Part shown: positions 36,268-45,486 of the stretch, in pieces
Position numbering within the stretch: position 1 is the stretch's first letter
How the letters are laid out: each line of letters starts with the position of its first letter
Virus record (IMG/VR): IMGVR_UViG_3300045988_147330
Coordinates: 1 to 64,000 of that record
Length of the DNA: 64,000 nucleotides
Reading direction: 5' to 3' (one strand)
From: a virus
Notes under the pieces: generated by a model
What the model was told of the DNA's origin: nothing
The model's input: the letters and a program-made list of their open reading frames with translations, nothing else
The model's database searches: none
Program-made: the position numbers and the translations under genes

Positions 36268-36722
36268 AACAGGTATTATCAATCGAACAGATGAAGCACT
36301 TGAAGGAGCTTGGGCTAGATACAAGTGATGCAAGCATGGTATTAATAGCCACGGATGATGATGGTTGCGAATTGTTATGGGAAGATGCTGAAAAAGCAAT
36401 TAAGCACCATTGGTACAATGTCCATTTTAATCTATATTACGTTGACACTAGTAGTTATGATCATTCCTTAAAAAAAGAGTGTGGAGTTTTTACCTTGCAG
36501 GATATTCTCGGCAAGTTACCGCGACACATAAATGACTTTGGTACAAAATATAAGCTGCACATTGAACCTACTTTTGCTGGACCTTGGTGTATAAGTTATC
36601 AAATAGGCATATGTGAACCATTTGTTTTTAAATTGTCAGGAAATCTATTGGATGCAGCCTATGATATGCTGTGCTGGTGTATTGAAAAAGGATATGTTAA
36701 AGTTGGAGAGGAGGAAAAGTAA
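36264..36722 (+). CDS. hypothetical protein, paralog of 61745..62134
   Basis: Shared N-terminus MKQVLSIEQMK.L..LG.DTS.ASM and C-terminal L.DAAYDMLCWCI. Confidence 0.55.
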   Translation: MKQVLSIEQMKHLKELGLDTSDASMVLIATDDDGCELLWEDAEKAIKHHWYNVHFNLYYVDTSSYDHSLKKECGVFTLQDILGKLPRHINDFGTKYKLHIEPTFAGPWCISYQIGICEPFVFKLSGNLLDAAYDMLCWCIEKGYVKVGEEEK

Positions 36723-37037
36723 ATGGATATAGTACCTATTGTAACAAAAGATGATCTTTCTAAAGAACAGATAGAGTATCTACAAAAACAACAAACAGAA
36801 TATAAATTGATTAAAAAAGTTAAGAGGAATCCAGGGCATATATTATTCTCTTTTAACGTTAAGACAGGGGAGATAAAGAGAGCTTCTATTATACATAATG
36901 TTTCTATAGGACTGAATGGGCTTCCTATAACTAGGGCTGAAACGGTCATAGAACCTAATTGCTATTATGAACAAGCCTTAAATGAAAAGAATTTTAGAAA
37001 AAAATTGAGGAAATCAGGATTATTAAAAAACGAATAA
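36723..37037 (+). CDS. hypothetical early protein
   Basis: ORF track. Confidence 0.45.
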   Translation: MDIVPIVTKDDLSKEQIEYLQKQQTEYKLIKKVKRNPGHILFSFNVKTGEIKRASIIHNVSIGLNGLPITRAETVIEPNCYYEQALNEKNFRKKLRKSGLLKNE

Positions 37038-37039
37038 TT

Positions 37040-37495
37040 ATGGGATTTACAACATCGTGCTTTATAAGAAAGAGTCCATATAAACTTATGAACAGATTAA
37101 ACGAGTTAGGATATAGATTATTCGGATGTGAACTTAACGAGGACTTGTGTATTTTCACCGAACCTGAATATAGGCTATATAGTGTTGAGTTTTTCAGTAA
37201 TATTCCACATCCCGACGAAACCGATAGCATTGATTGCGGAACTAATGAGGATCTTTTCCTGGCTTTAGCTGCATTGAGGGATGATACAAATAAGTTTCAA
37301 TGGTTTATAGCAGAATCTTCACTTAGTGTTTCTTTTGATGATGCTATTGGTAATGACCATTATTTCGTAGAACCTAAAGGTAGCTTCTTCTTTTGGGGTA
37401 TAGAATATCAAAATTCAACAATTATTTTAGGAAATTTCCGTAAAGCCACCGTAGACGAACTGATTGAATATTTTAAAACAAAGGAGGAACAATGA
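37040..37495 (+). CDS. hypothetical early protein
   Basis: ORF track, 151 aa. Confidence 0.5.
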   Translation: MGFTTSCFIRKSPYKLMNRLNELGYRLFGCELNEDLCIFTEPEYRLYSVEFFSNIPHPDETDSIDCGTNEDLFLALAALRDDTNKFQWFIAESSLSVSFDDAIGNDHYFVEPKGSFFFWGIEYQNSTIILGNFRKATVDELIEYFKTKEEQ

Positions 37496-37746
37496 AAGCA
37501 AAGTATTTTAAAAAGATAAGAAGCCAAGTAAAGTGGTATAAGGTATCATATAGAGATAGTTTATTTTTTAGTTTTAGCGATGAGAAAGAGATATTGGCTA
37601 AATCTCCTGAAAATGCTTGTGTCAGATACCATAAACGTACTGGATGTTTTGTTAACAAATATAATCCTAACCATATCACACAACATAGCGAATGTCTTTC
37701 AAGGTTCAAAGTATGTATAGGTAAGAAAGTAATGTATTTCGATTAA
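37492..37746 (+). CDS. hypothetical early protein
   Basis: ORF track. ATGA overlap. Confidence 0.45.
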   Translation: MKAKYFKKIRSQVKWYKVSYRDSLFFSFSDEKEILAKSPENACVRYHKRTGCFVNKYNPNHITQHSECLSRFKVCIGKKVMYFD

Positions 37747-37748
37747 AT

Positions 37749-37907
37749 ATGAAAGCAAGAATAAAAAGAAAAATACAAAAACGCCCATTTTTATATAATG
37801 TAGGACAAGTATTTAAGGCTTGTGATTGGCTTACTAGTATTCAGCGTGGAAATATAGTTTGGCGTAGGTATCGTTCATTTGGTACTATTATTAAATCAGA
37901 ATATTAA
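37749..37907 (+). CDS. small basic protein (52 aa, hand-translated)
   Basis: Start context TTAAATATGAAAGCAAGA is identical to that of the next gene. Confidence 0.35.
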   Translation: MKARIKRKIQKRPFLYNVGQVFKACDWLTSIQRGNIVWRRYRSFGTIIKSEY

Positions 37908-37909
37908 AT

Positions 37910-38236
37910 ATGAAAGCAAGAGTAAAATCAACAGGGGTTTTGGTGGATGTAACTCCCCAATTAAACATCAACTCTCAACATAGCAGAGATTATTTATATG
38001 TATGTGATAACATGGTATTCAAGGAATGCGAACTTGATTTTTCAGCTATTGACTGGGAACAGCGTAGATACGAACTGGCTAAATCCGCAATGCAAGGGAT
38101 TTTAAGTGACAATACAGAAATTGGTTACGCTTGTTCGGAAGCAGATTACAAGAAAGGAGAGAAACATACAATACCTATAAGCATTGCTCGGTTTGCAATT
38201 GCTTGTGCTGATGCTTTAATTAATGAATTAAAATGA
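37910..38236 (+). CDS. hypothetical protein, paralog of 39161..39439
   Basis: Shared IDWEQRRYELAK and C-terminal CADALI motifs. Confidence 0.55.
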   Translation: MKARVKSTGVLVDVTPQLNINSQHSRDYLYVCDNMVFKECELDFSAIDWEQRRYELAKSAMQGILSDNTEIGYACSEADYKKGEKHTIPISIARFAIACADALINELK

Positions 38237-38559
38237 TAAAAGTATTAAGAAATAAAACTCCTATCGCTCGCAAAGAGCATAGATGTGAATTTTGCGGTGA
38301 AGTAATACACATTGGAGAAAAATATAACAGACAGACCAATGTTTGTGATGATCGTGTTTATGATTGGGTTAGTCACTGTGATTGCTCCCAATTAGCCTAT
38401 GAACTTGATATGTTTGATGATTGTGATGAAGGTCTTGACGGTGATGGGTTTATTGACAACTTGAATCAGTATGTTTATGACAATCATTATGATGATAAAA
38501 TATTGGCATTATCACGCTATGAACTTGTAAAGAAGGTATTGGACGAATTTATACATTAG
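38233..38559 (+). CDS. zinc-ribbon-like early protein
   Basis: HRCEFCGEVI ... HCDC cysteines. Confidence 0.5.
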   Translation: MIKVLRNKTPIARKEHRCEFCGEVIHIGEKYNRQTNVCDDRVYDWVSHCDCSQLAYELDMFDDCDEGLDGDGFIDNLNQYVYDNHYDDKILALSRYELVKKVLDEFIH

Positions 38560-38563
38560 TGCT

Positions 38564-38836
38564 ATGGATGATGTAAAATTATCATTAAGACAGATAGAAA
38601 AAATGGAACACGCTATAGGGTTTGAGCGTGGTAAAATAAAAAGAAATAGATATAAGGTTTATCGTAACTGGTATATTGTTAATCATCCTGATGATGATTG
38701 GGAAGAGTTGGTGTTTATTGGTTACGCTAATAGAAGATTGTTAGATATAGAAAAACAAATTGTGTACCATGTTTCCGAACTTGGAATGAAATATCTAGGT
38801 GTGTTATTAGGATGTATAATAACGGAGGAGGAATAA
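38564..38836 (+). CDS. hypothetical early protein
   Basis: ORF track. Confidence 0.45.
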   Translation: MDDVKLSLRQIEKMEHAIGFERGKIKRNRYKVYRNWYIVNHPDDDWEELVFIGYANRRLLDIEKQIVYHVSELGMKYLGVLLGCIITEEE

Positions 38837-38866
38837 ACAAGATCGTAAACTTATTGGATAATTATT

Positions 38867-39157
38867 ATGAGTAAATATAGATACAGAGAAGTAAAGAACT
38901 ATATCCACAACGAACTAAAGTTGACTAAAGAGGATATAAGGGAGATAATGATTCCTATCATTAGAGAGGAGGTTAAACGAGTTTTCCATAATACTTATGG
39001 AAATGATGTTTCTCTGGACAACTGGATTCGATGTATGGTTTCCGATGAAATAAAACGTCAAGGAGGCTATAACATGTTATGGACTTTATGTAAGGAGGCA
39101 ATAAAAACCGAGCTAACTGACAAATATTCAATTGAGGTAAATCTTAAAGAAAAGTAA
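38867..39157 (+). CDS. hypothetical early protein
   Basis: ORF track. Confidence 0.45.
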   Translation: MSKYRYREVKNYIHNELKLTKEDIREIMIPIIREEVKRVFHNTYGNDVSLDNWIRCMVSDEIKRQGGYNMLWTLCKEAIKTELTDKYSIEVNLKEK

Positions 39158-39160
39158 ATT

Positions 39161-39439
39161 ATGAAAGCAACAATAAAGGCAACTGGAGAAATTGTAGAGA
39201 TTAAGGATTTATATGATGATGGTACTGCATTGGTGGGAAACATGTATATCAAGGTGTCAGAACTTAATTTCTTTAGTGAAAACATTGATTGGGAACAACG
39301 TAGGTACGAATTGGCAAAAGACATTATTAAAGTTGTTATAGCAAACGAGAATGGTATTAATTCTGAGGCAGTAGCTAAATATTCGCTTAATTGCGCTGAT
39401 GCCCTAATTAAAAGACTAAAGGAGGAGAATCATGGATAG
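39161..39439 (+). CDS. hypothetical protein, paralog of 37910..38236
   Basis: Shared motifs as listed for 37910..38236. Confidence 0.55.
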   Translation: MKATIKATGEIVEIKDLYDDGTALVGNMYIKVSELNFFSENIDWEQRRYELAKDIIKVVIANENGINSEAVAKYSLNCADALIKRLKEENHG

Positions 39440-39629
39440 TGTACAGACACAAACCTTTTCCATTAGAGGGGATGGAGGTGGTGAGGCATATATTGACTTT
39501 TGCGACGGCCAATTATGTGTTTCAGTTGTCATAGAAGATAAACAGGCAGATTTTCACTTTGACCCTGTTACGTTAAAGATGTTTGCCCATGCTTATAAAT
39601 TACATTGTGAAGAGTGTAAAGGAGAATAA
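39432..39629 (+). CDS. hypothetical early protein
   Basis: ORF track. Confidence 0.4.
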   Translation: MDSVQTQTFSIRGDGGGEAYIDFCDGQLCVSVVIEDKQADFHFDPVTLKMFAHAYKLHCEECKGE

Positions 39630-39670
39630 TAATGAATGATTTGACATAATAAGATTAAAAAATAAATAAA

Positions 39671-39889
39671 ATGACAATACGGGATTTAGCGCATTTGTTG
39701 CTTACTGCGCAAGATATAAATAGAGAGGTAATGATAGTCAAAGACGGATGCTATAGCGATATCACGAATGTTAGATTTGAAAACGGAATTTTTTTGATTA
39801 GCGCAAGCGGATATTACAAAGATAGAGTTACCGTAAACACGACTATCGAAGTTAAATCTCCATACAAAGAAGAACCGAAAATATTTTAG
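39671..39889 (+). CDS. hypothetical early protein
   Basis: ORF track. Confidence 0.45.
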   Translation: MTIRDLAHLLLTAQDINREVMIVKDGCYSDITNVRFENGIFLISASGYYKDRVTVNTTIEVKSPYKEEPKIF

Positions 39890-39892
39890 TGT

Positions 39893-40231
39893 ATGATACA
39901 GGAAGAACTTGTAACATTAGAAACTGCTAAACTGCTTAAAGAGAAAGGGTTCAATGAAAGAAAATATCTCATAGATGTTTCCACTTTGAATCATTGTTAT
40001 AAATATTTATCTGTTCCTCCGCAATCCATAGCCCAAAAGTGGTTACGTGAAACCAAAAACATTCATATATGCGTATATAACTGTGCTTGTGGCTATGGAT
40101 ACGAAATATCTAAAGTTGATGGAACTCATATAACTAGTTATGTTTATGAAGGACCTAATGATGGTGGTGAATGGGATATTTATGAAGAAGCACTTGAAGC
40201 CGGATTACAGGAAGCATTAAAACTTATATGA
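39893..40231 (+). CDS. hypothetical early protein
   Basis: ORF track, 112 aa. Confidence 0.5.
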   Translation: MIQEELVTLETAKLLKEKGFNERKYLIDVSTLNHCYKYLSVPPQSIAQKWLRETKNIHICVYNCACGYGYEISKVDGTHITSYVYEGPNDGGEWDIYEEALEAGLQEALKLI

Positions 40232-40378
40232 TTATGAAGAAGATATTTTTCAACGATAAATTAGGATTAACCCAAGCGGTATTGGATGGTCGGAAGACTA
40301 TGGCGTAGATTTGCTTTGGCATATCGAACAGAAGATAAGATACAATGAATTAAGACCTATGTTGAACGGAAAAAGATA

Positions 40379-40813
40379 TTGATTATGAAACGTGAAATAA
40401 AATTCAGAGGGAAAGAATTTGAAACAGGACAGTGGATAGAAGGATCTTTGACAACATATCCAAGATACTACCCAACTATTACACTCGTTGAAAATGCTGA
40501 ACTTATTCCAAAAAAGAAAACTTGTGTAGTTCTTCCTGAAACAGTAGGACAGTTCACCGGATTATGTGACAAGAACGGCAAAGAGATTTACGAGGGGGAT
40601 ATAGTCAAAACAAAAGAATATGGGATTGATATTCCTAATGGAGTTTTTTGTTCCAATGTTGCTGGTTGCGACAATTTTTCAGTAGATTATATTGATGGTG
40701 GGTTTCGTTTGTTAAATAATCAACGTGGATTTTTATTGTGCAAAGATAATCATCTTGAAGTGATAGGTAACATATATGATAATCCGGAATTATTGAAAGA
40801 AAATAAGCGATGA
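40379..40813 (+). CDS. YopX family protein
   Basis: IKFRGK...VGQFTGLCDKNGKEIYEGDIV...GNIYDNPELL are typical YopX motifs. Confidence 0.7.
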   Translation: MIMKREIKFRGKEFETGQWIEGSLTTYPRYYPTITLVENAELIPKKKTCVVLPETVGQFTGLCDKNGKEIYEGDIVKTKEYGIDIPNGVFCSNVAGCDNFSVDYIDGGFRLLNNQRGFLLCKDNHLEVIGNIYDNPELLKENKR

Positions 40814-41052
40814 AAACAATTTTATTTATATCTATATGTATTATCGCCCTATTATGGGTTGGAGATCTAACAATTACATTTAAGCCGTTTTCCATATCGT
40901 TGCCCGGTTGGCATAAGGCTTTAGGTATTATTCTGTTTGTATTTGCAATGGCGGTGTATAACATTGGAGAATACGCTAAGGGGTACAAGCATGGTTTTGA
41001 TGATGGGGCAAAGGAATGTATTGAAGCGATTAAGGGAAATGGAAAGAAATGA
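40810..41052 (+). CDS. small membrane protein
   Basis: Two hydrophobic helices. ATGA overlap. Confidence 0.45.
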   Translation: MKTILFISICIIALLWVGDLTITFKPFSISLPGWHKALGIILFVFAMAVYNIGEYAKGYKHGFDDGAKECIEAIKGNGKK

Positions 41053-41488
41053 CATTGATTTCCCGTTACTCCGTATATTTAATGGAGTAACGGGGCGATA
41101 TGAACTTCTTATTGACGATGTATCCATAGATGCTTATGGACGTGTAAGAGATAGTAGTGGTTGTGTTGTAGAATGGTTTACAGGCGTGTTTGACATGAAC
41201 GGAATACCCTTGTTTGAAAACGACATAATCATGCCTGTAAAGGACGGAATAAGCCAATATAGACGTATCTGGAGAACGGTAGGTGGATTTATACTAAGCA
41301 GGAGCAATGATGTAAAAGGACTGTCCAAATTGGATATGCTTGGTGTAGACTATTTAGTGAACGAACGTGTTCAGCAATACATATCTGATGGTTGCATAAA
41401 GGTGGGTTCTGCAACAATTGATCTTAACTTATTGAAAGGGAGAACGAAAGAAGAAATTATTAGAAACTTATCAAGGAGAGTAAGATGA
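41039..41488 (+). CDS. YopX-like protein (divergent)
   Basis: FTGVFDMNGIPLFENDII...GGFIL pattern. The ORF-track start at 40937 overlaps the upstream gene, so the Met at 41039 is preferred. Confidence 0.4.
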   Translation: MERNDIDFPLLRIFNGVTGRYELLIDDVSIDAYGRVRDSSGCVVEWFTGVFDMNGIPLFENDIIMPVKDGISQYRRIWRTVGGFILSRSNDVKGLSKLDMLGVDYLVNERVQQYISDGCIKVGSATIDLNLLKGRTKEEIIRNLSRRVR

Positions 41489-42006
41489 AAGACAAAATAC
41501 TAGAGGAAAGCTTGAACAATTTCTACAGGACGTTTCTTATTTGGGTGATAAGATGTTATCCTATATTGTTCTGTCTTGCAATACTTGTCCATCAGTGTGA
41601 GGTTATACACTCTGTTGGAACAGGGGATATTATTGAGTATTATGATGGTGACACATTGGAGTATATTCAGTATGCCACTCCATTTTCGGACAAGTACCTT
41701 ACCATATTCTTTAACGCCAAACTGTTTAATGCAATATTGTTCTATGTGTTGTCAAAGGTATTTTTATTTTGTATATACCATAGAGTATTTGTCATTGAGA
41801 TGTTGATATACGCAATATTGGATATTGTATTTAATAATGTGGTGTTTGAGGATGTGAGATGCACTATGTTTTATTCGTATATATCAATAGGATTTGTAAC
41901 TGTATGTTTCTTTATTGCATTGTATCTACATCAACGATTCGGAGATAGGAATATAAATAATCATCAATCTATAACCGATGGTTTTAGAAACTGTTGTAGA
42001 TTATAA
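41485..42006 (+). CDS. multi-pass membrane protein
   Basis: Four or five hydrophobic segments. Confidence 0.5.
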   Translation: MKDKILEESLNNFYRTFLIWVIRCYPILFCLAILVHQCEVIHSVGTGDIIEYYDGDTLEYIQYATPFSDKYLTIFFNAKLFNAILFYVLSKVFLFCIYHRVFVIEMLIYAILDIVFNNVVFEDVRCTMFYSYISIGFVTVCFFIALYLHQRFGDRNINNHQSITDGFRNCCRL

Positions 42007-42135
42007 TTTCTGTTTTCCTGTGGGCTGTAATCCTCCCGTATTCTTCATGTTTATCTTGACCTTTATGGGAGATGCCTTTTTATTTGATGTTACTTTAGGT
42101 GATTTAACATTCACCCTAATCACTTTCTTTACCAT
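42001..42135 (-). CDS. possible 44-aa lysine-rich peptide
   Basis: Hand-translated (MVKKVIRVNVKSPKVTSNKKASPIKVKINMKNTGGLQPTGKQKL). A minus-strand TAttTTTG box lies at 42160-42167. Confidence 0.25.
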   Translation of the reverse strand: MVKKVIRVNVKSPKVTSNKKASPIKVKINMKNTGGLQPTGKQKL

Positions 42136-42213
42136 ATATTACTCATTTTAATTGTTTTGCAAAAATAATGATTTTTTTTGGTATTATAAAAACTTTATGT
42201 ATCTTTGCGGTGC

Positions 42214-42346
42214 GATAGTTTTTGGACTTTTTTGTTTTATAATGATAGCTGCTACCTAAAATATAAGCAGAGGTTTCTTCATACATTTTTCATAAGTCTA
42301 ATGTATAACTGTCGCAAGTTGAAGAGATCTCTGCTTCTTTTTTTTT
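42214..42346 (+). ncRNA. candidate structured small RNA / attenuator
   Basis: TAtcTTTG box at 42200-42207. Long-range stem AAGCAGAG (42266-73) / CTCTGCTT (42329-36) followed by T9. Competing stem CTGTCGCA (42309-16) / TGCGACAG (42352-59) spans the T-run. Confidence 0.3.
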
Positions 42347-42652
42347 ATTTATGCGACAGTTTAATGAAGAAAACTTAAATGACACAGGTGTTGTTTTAAG
42401 TACGGCAAATCCCTCCGAAATGGGTAAGATGTTTTCTTATAATGGAAGGTATTAAGGAACAAATTGACACCATTACAAATCGTTATAACAAATGGTTATA
42501 CTTGTTCCATATTTCAAGTTGCTAAGATAGCTAGAAAAATCAAAATAACAAAAAGGTAACATATTTATAATATATTAACACGTGTTTTTTTCTATTGTAA
42601 TAACAATATAATATATTTGCATTGTCAATAATAGGAGGATATTATAGCGAAT

Positions 42653-42853
42653 ATGCAATTAGTTTATAAATTTGACATCAATCATTCTGACAGGCTTTGC
42701 GCTATCTGCCGTGTCAATGCCGATGTCAACGGTGCGCTTAATATCGGTAGAAAAGTATTCGGTGATTCTTTTATGATAACTGATAGCGGGCGTTGGTATC
42801 GCCCCGAACGGATTAACGTTCTAAAATGTTTGTGAATACATGTACATTAATAC
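42653..42853 (+). pseudogene. TnpB C-terminal remnant plus 3' omega-RNA-like end, copy A
   Basis: 60-aa ORF retains CAIC and NADVNGALNIGRK (RuvC-III D-x-N-A-A-x-N-I type), but the whole N-terminal nuclease is missing. The conserved 3' segment GGGCGTTGGTATCGCCCCGAACGGATTAACGTTCTAAAATGT...ACATTAATAC recurs at 48998 and 62169. Confidence 0.6.
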
Positions 42854-42871
42854 CTTATAAATTCTAAGGAA

Positions 42872-43417
42872 ATGACTGATTATGTAAATCGTTTGAGCGA
42901 AATAAAAAATTTTATTTCGACTGATTTACTGCAAATTATAAAGGGAGGAAATGTATCACAGCAAGGAACATGGGCACATCAAAAAATAGCTCTTAGGGTT
43001 GCTCAAAAATTATCCACTGATTTTGCTATTTGGGTAGATGATAAGATCGAAGAGCTTCTTACCACGGGGAATACTTCTATATCATCAGAACTTCCAAACT
43101 TCAACAATCCTGCCGAAGCTGCTAGGGCTTGGGCTGATGAGTATGAAAGGAATCAAGCATTAATCTTGGAAAACAAGGAAGCAAAGCTACAACTAGAACT
43201 AAAGACGGAACAACTAGACGAATCTAAGGAATGGTATAGTATCAAAAGATGGTCAAAGGAAAACGGTGTCAATTGGAGAAATATTAGCTGGAGAAAGATG
43301 AAAGTAATATCTTACGAGCTAGGTTATGAAGTGAAAAAGATTTTTGATGCTAACTATGGACAGGTTAATATATACAATGTAAATGTATTTAAAGCATACT
43401 TTAACAAATGTGAATAA
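42872..43417 (+). CDS. KilA-N domain / antirepressor-like protein
   Basis: GTWAHQKIALRVAQKLSTDFAIWVDDKIEELL matches the KilA-N core. C-terminal AEAARAWADEYE region. Confidence 0.6.
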   Translation: MTDYVNRLSEIKNFISTDLLQIIKGGNVSQQGTWAHQKIALRVAQKLSTDFAIWVDDKIEELLTTGNTSISSELPNFNNPAEAARAWADEYERNQALILENKEAKLQLELKTEQLDESKEWYSIKRWSKENGVNWRNISWRKMKVISYELGYEVKKIFDANYGQVNIYNVNVFKAYFNKCE

Positions 43418-43462
43418 ATAGTATATATTTTAAAATATTTGATAGTATGTCATTTTATTAAT

Positions 43463-43470
43463 TATATTTG
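43463..43470 (+). promoter_or_regulatory. -7 box TAtaTTTG (TATATTTGCATTGT, same 14-mer as at 42612)
   Basis: Read directly. Followed by the GGGGGAA/TTCCCCC hairpin at about 43517-43534. Confidence 0.45.
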
Positions 43471-43564
43471 CATTGTGTTTAAGTGTAGAAGCTGACACAT
43501 CTATAACGAAAATTTAGGGGGAAGGCGTTCCCCCGATTTTAGTAACCGTAAAAGTGATAAAACA

Positions 43565-43768
43565 ATGATTCTACTAGAAATTTTTCAAAACTGCTTTATT
43601 GTAGGGTATGATGGAAAGAAAATACCCTTTGTAAAAGATAATTTCCTGTTTAGTGATACCGGGGAAAGATATATCTTGACCAACAAGGAAAACAGTGAAC
43701 AGGTTAGCCTACCGAAGCAATCGACAATAGTAATTAAACGTAATATTTTTCATGAAGGTATTGATTAG
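43565..43768 (+). CDS. hypothetical protein
   Basis: ORF track. Confidence 0.45.
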   Translation: MILLEIFQNCFIVGYDGKKIPFVKDNFLFSDTGERYILTNKENSEQVSLPKQSTIVIKRNIFHEGID

Positions 43769-44243
43769 AAAGGATTCAAGCGACATAAGAAACAGACTTG
43801 AACGGTTAGAGTACACCGCTTCCGAAAAATCGTTGGATGGATTTGGTGATGGCATCTTTGTAGACAAGTCAGATAATACTTTTCACGTGAAATCAGAGTG
43901 GGAAGTTATCCGTATGTTTCTTGAAACAGTAGATTGCGGAGATGACGAGAATATGTTTTTTGATTTTGTAGAAAACGATATAACGTCAATAACGCCAACA
44001 ATGCTAGGTAAATATAAATCTTTAATAAAAGTTGATAACTTTCCCATCATTAATACATCTAGCATTCAAGATGTGTTATACCGTGAAGATAGAGAACATA
44101 ACATCATAGAAGTTATTGTTGTTTCAGTGTATGGGATAAAGTTGAAAAGCATAAAAGATGTGGACTTTTCAGATCCTAATGTGGATACAATAATAGAGTA
44201 TATGAAATCGTTGCATAAACAACTAAAAGAATATATCAAATGA
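43752..44243 (+). CDS. hypothetical protein
   Basis: ORF track, 163 aa. Confidence 0.5.
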   Translation: MKVLIRKDSSDIRNRLERLEYTASEKSLDGFGDGIFVDKSDNTFHVKSEWEVIRMFLETVDCGDDENMFFDFVENDITSITPTMLGKYKSLIKVDNFPIINTSSIQDVLYREDREHNIIEVIVVSVYGIKLKSIKDVDFSDPNVDTIIEYMKSLHKQLKEYIK

Positions 44244-44521
44244 AGTGTAATTTTACGCCAATGGACAAATTTTATGAGATATTAGATTATTATGGTTTGT
44301 CCTACACAGAGTTAAAAAGTAATCATATTCGTGTATTTTACGGAAACAAGAAGCTGTTTGACTATTTTCCACTTCGCATGAAGTTATTTGATTACCATGA
44401 ATGGCATCAGCTTACTTATCCGTTCGTGAAGGGTAAGGCAGATGAATGGGAAATAGAACTTACCATGTTCATTAGCGGAGTATTGGGAGATGAGATGTTT
44501 GAAAAGTTTAAAATATATTAA
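44240..44521 (+). CDS. hypothetical protein
   Basis: ORF track. ATGA overlap. Confidence 0.5.
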   Translation: MKCNFTPMDKFYEILDYYGLSYTELKSNHIRVFYGNKKLFDYFPLRMKLFDYHEWHQLTYPFVKGKADEWEIELTMFISGVLGDEMFEKFKIY

Positions 44522-44523
44522 TT

Positions 44524-44766
44524 ATGGATAGGAAAGAAAAAGATTTTGTTCCAAAAGCCATAAATTTGTGTGGCAAACGGAGGATGTTGTCTTCAATTAA
44601 AGGATGGGAGATTGTTAAATATAACAATTACTCTAACGGACATGCCAATCCACAAAGTGTCAAGAAGTTGAGAATAACACTTTCAGGACGTGAAGTAATT
44701 GAGTATGTTCTGAACGATGAAGATGATACTATTAAAAAACTTGATAATTATTTTGGTCTTCTATGA
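44524..44766 (+). CDS. hypothetical protein
   Basis: ORF track. Confidence 0.45.
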   Translation: MDRKEKDFVPKAINLCGKRRMLSSIKGWEIVKYNNYSNGHANPQSVKKLRITLSGREVIEYVLNDEDDTIKKLDNYFGLL

Positions 44767-45008
44767 TGATAAAAGTGGATATACCAGAGCCGTTTATAGA
44801 CGGTGATAATACGATGGTTAACATTACATCTGATTCATTCTGCTATTCTAGCATTGACTCACGGTACGAAGGGTTTCAGAGTGCGTATAAGGATGGGAAT
44901 ATTAATCAGAAGATACAGGGTAAACTAGAGATTATTGCAGATCAATTCAAAGAACTAATAAAAATCATTGAGGATAATGGAAAGACATTTGTTAATACAG
45001 GAGTGTGA
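44763..45008 (+). CDS. hypothetical protein
   Basis: ORF track. Confidence 0.45.
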   Translation: MMIKVDIPEPFIDGDNTMVNITSDSFCYSSIDSRYEGFQSAYKDGNINQKIQGKLEIIADQFKELIKIIEDNGKTFVNTGV

Positions 45009-45021
45009 GAGAGAAGAGGAA

Positions 45022-45486
45022 ATGAAGAAATTACGCAAGCAGCAGAACGATCTTATCAAGAAAGGTCGTATGGTTGAATGTTCTCGCGTAACAGCCAAGA
45101 TAAAGGAGTTCCAGGAAGCATATATAAAGGCTTATCCTGACGGTAAGTATGTAAGAGGTATGGAGATTATCAAAAAGATGTCAGATGATGAAAAAACTGA
45201 TTGGATGATGTATATTAATGCTATTGCTTTCTGTGCTGATATTATACATTCATCCTCTATTGAGCTTAATGAAATGCTAAAGAAGGTACTTCCAGGGTCT
45301 AGTCTTCAAATGTTTGAAACACTTGAAAAGGTAGGTACTATGGCAAAGAATCAAATTATGTGGATGGATAACAATGTGGATGAGGAATATCAGGACGATT
45401 TTGCCAAATATGCTGACGAGATAACCATTATGCTTTTATCATTTGTTAAAAATAAATTTTTGCCGCGAAAGTCAACTACTTACTAA
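45022..45486 (+). CDS. hypothetical protein
   Basis: ORF track 44968..45486; the Met at 45022 avoids overlap. The 3' end carries the AGTCAACTAC motif also found before IscB copy A. Confidence 0.5.
   Translation: MKKLRKQQNDLIKKGRMVECSRVTAKIKEFQEAYIKAYPDGKYVRGMEIIKKMSDDEKTDWMMYINAIAFCADIIHSSSIELNEMLKKVLPGSSLQMFETLEKVGTMAKNQIMWMDNNVDEEYQDDFAKYADEITIMLLSFVKNKFLPRKSTTY

Noticed and set aside
40234-40308. 24-codon ORF MKKIFFNDKLGLTQAVLDGRKTMA resembling the N-terminus of ASCH-domain proteins, possibly a truncated pseudogene.
   Set aside because: It is too short to support a family assignment from sequence alone. Recorded only as a possible gene remnant in the 40232-40378 gap.
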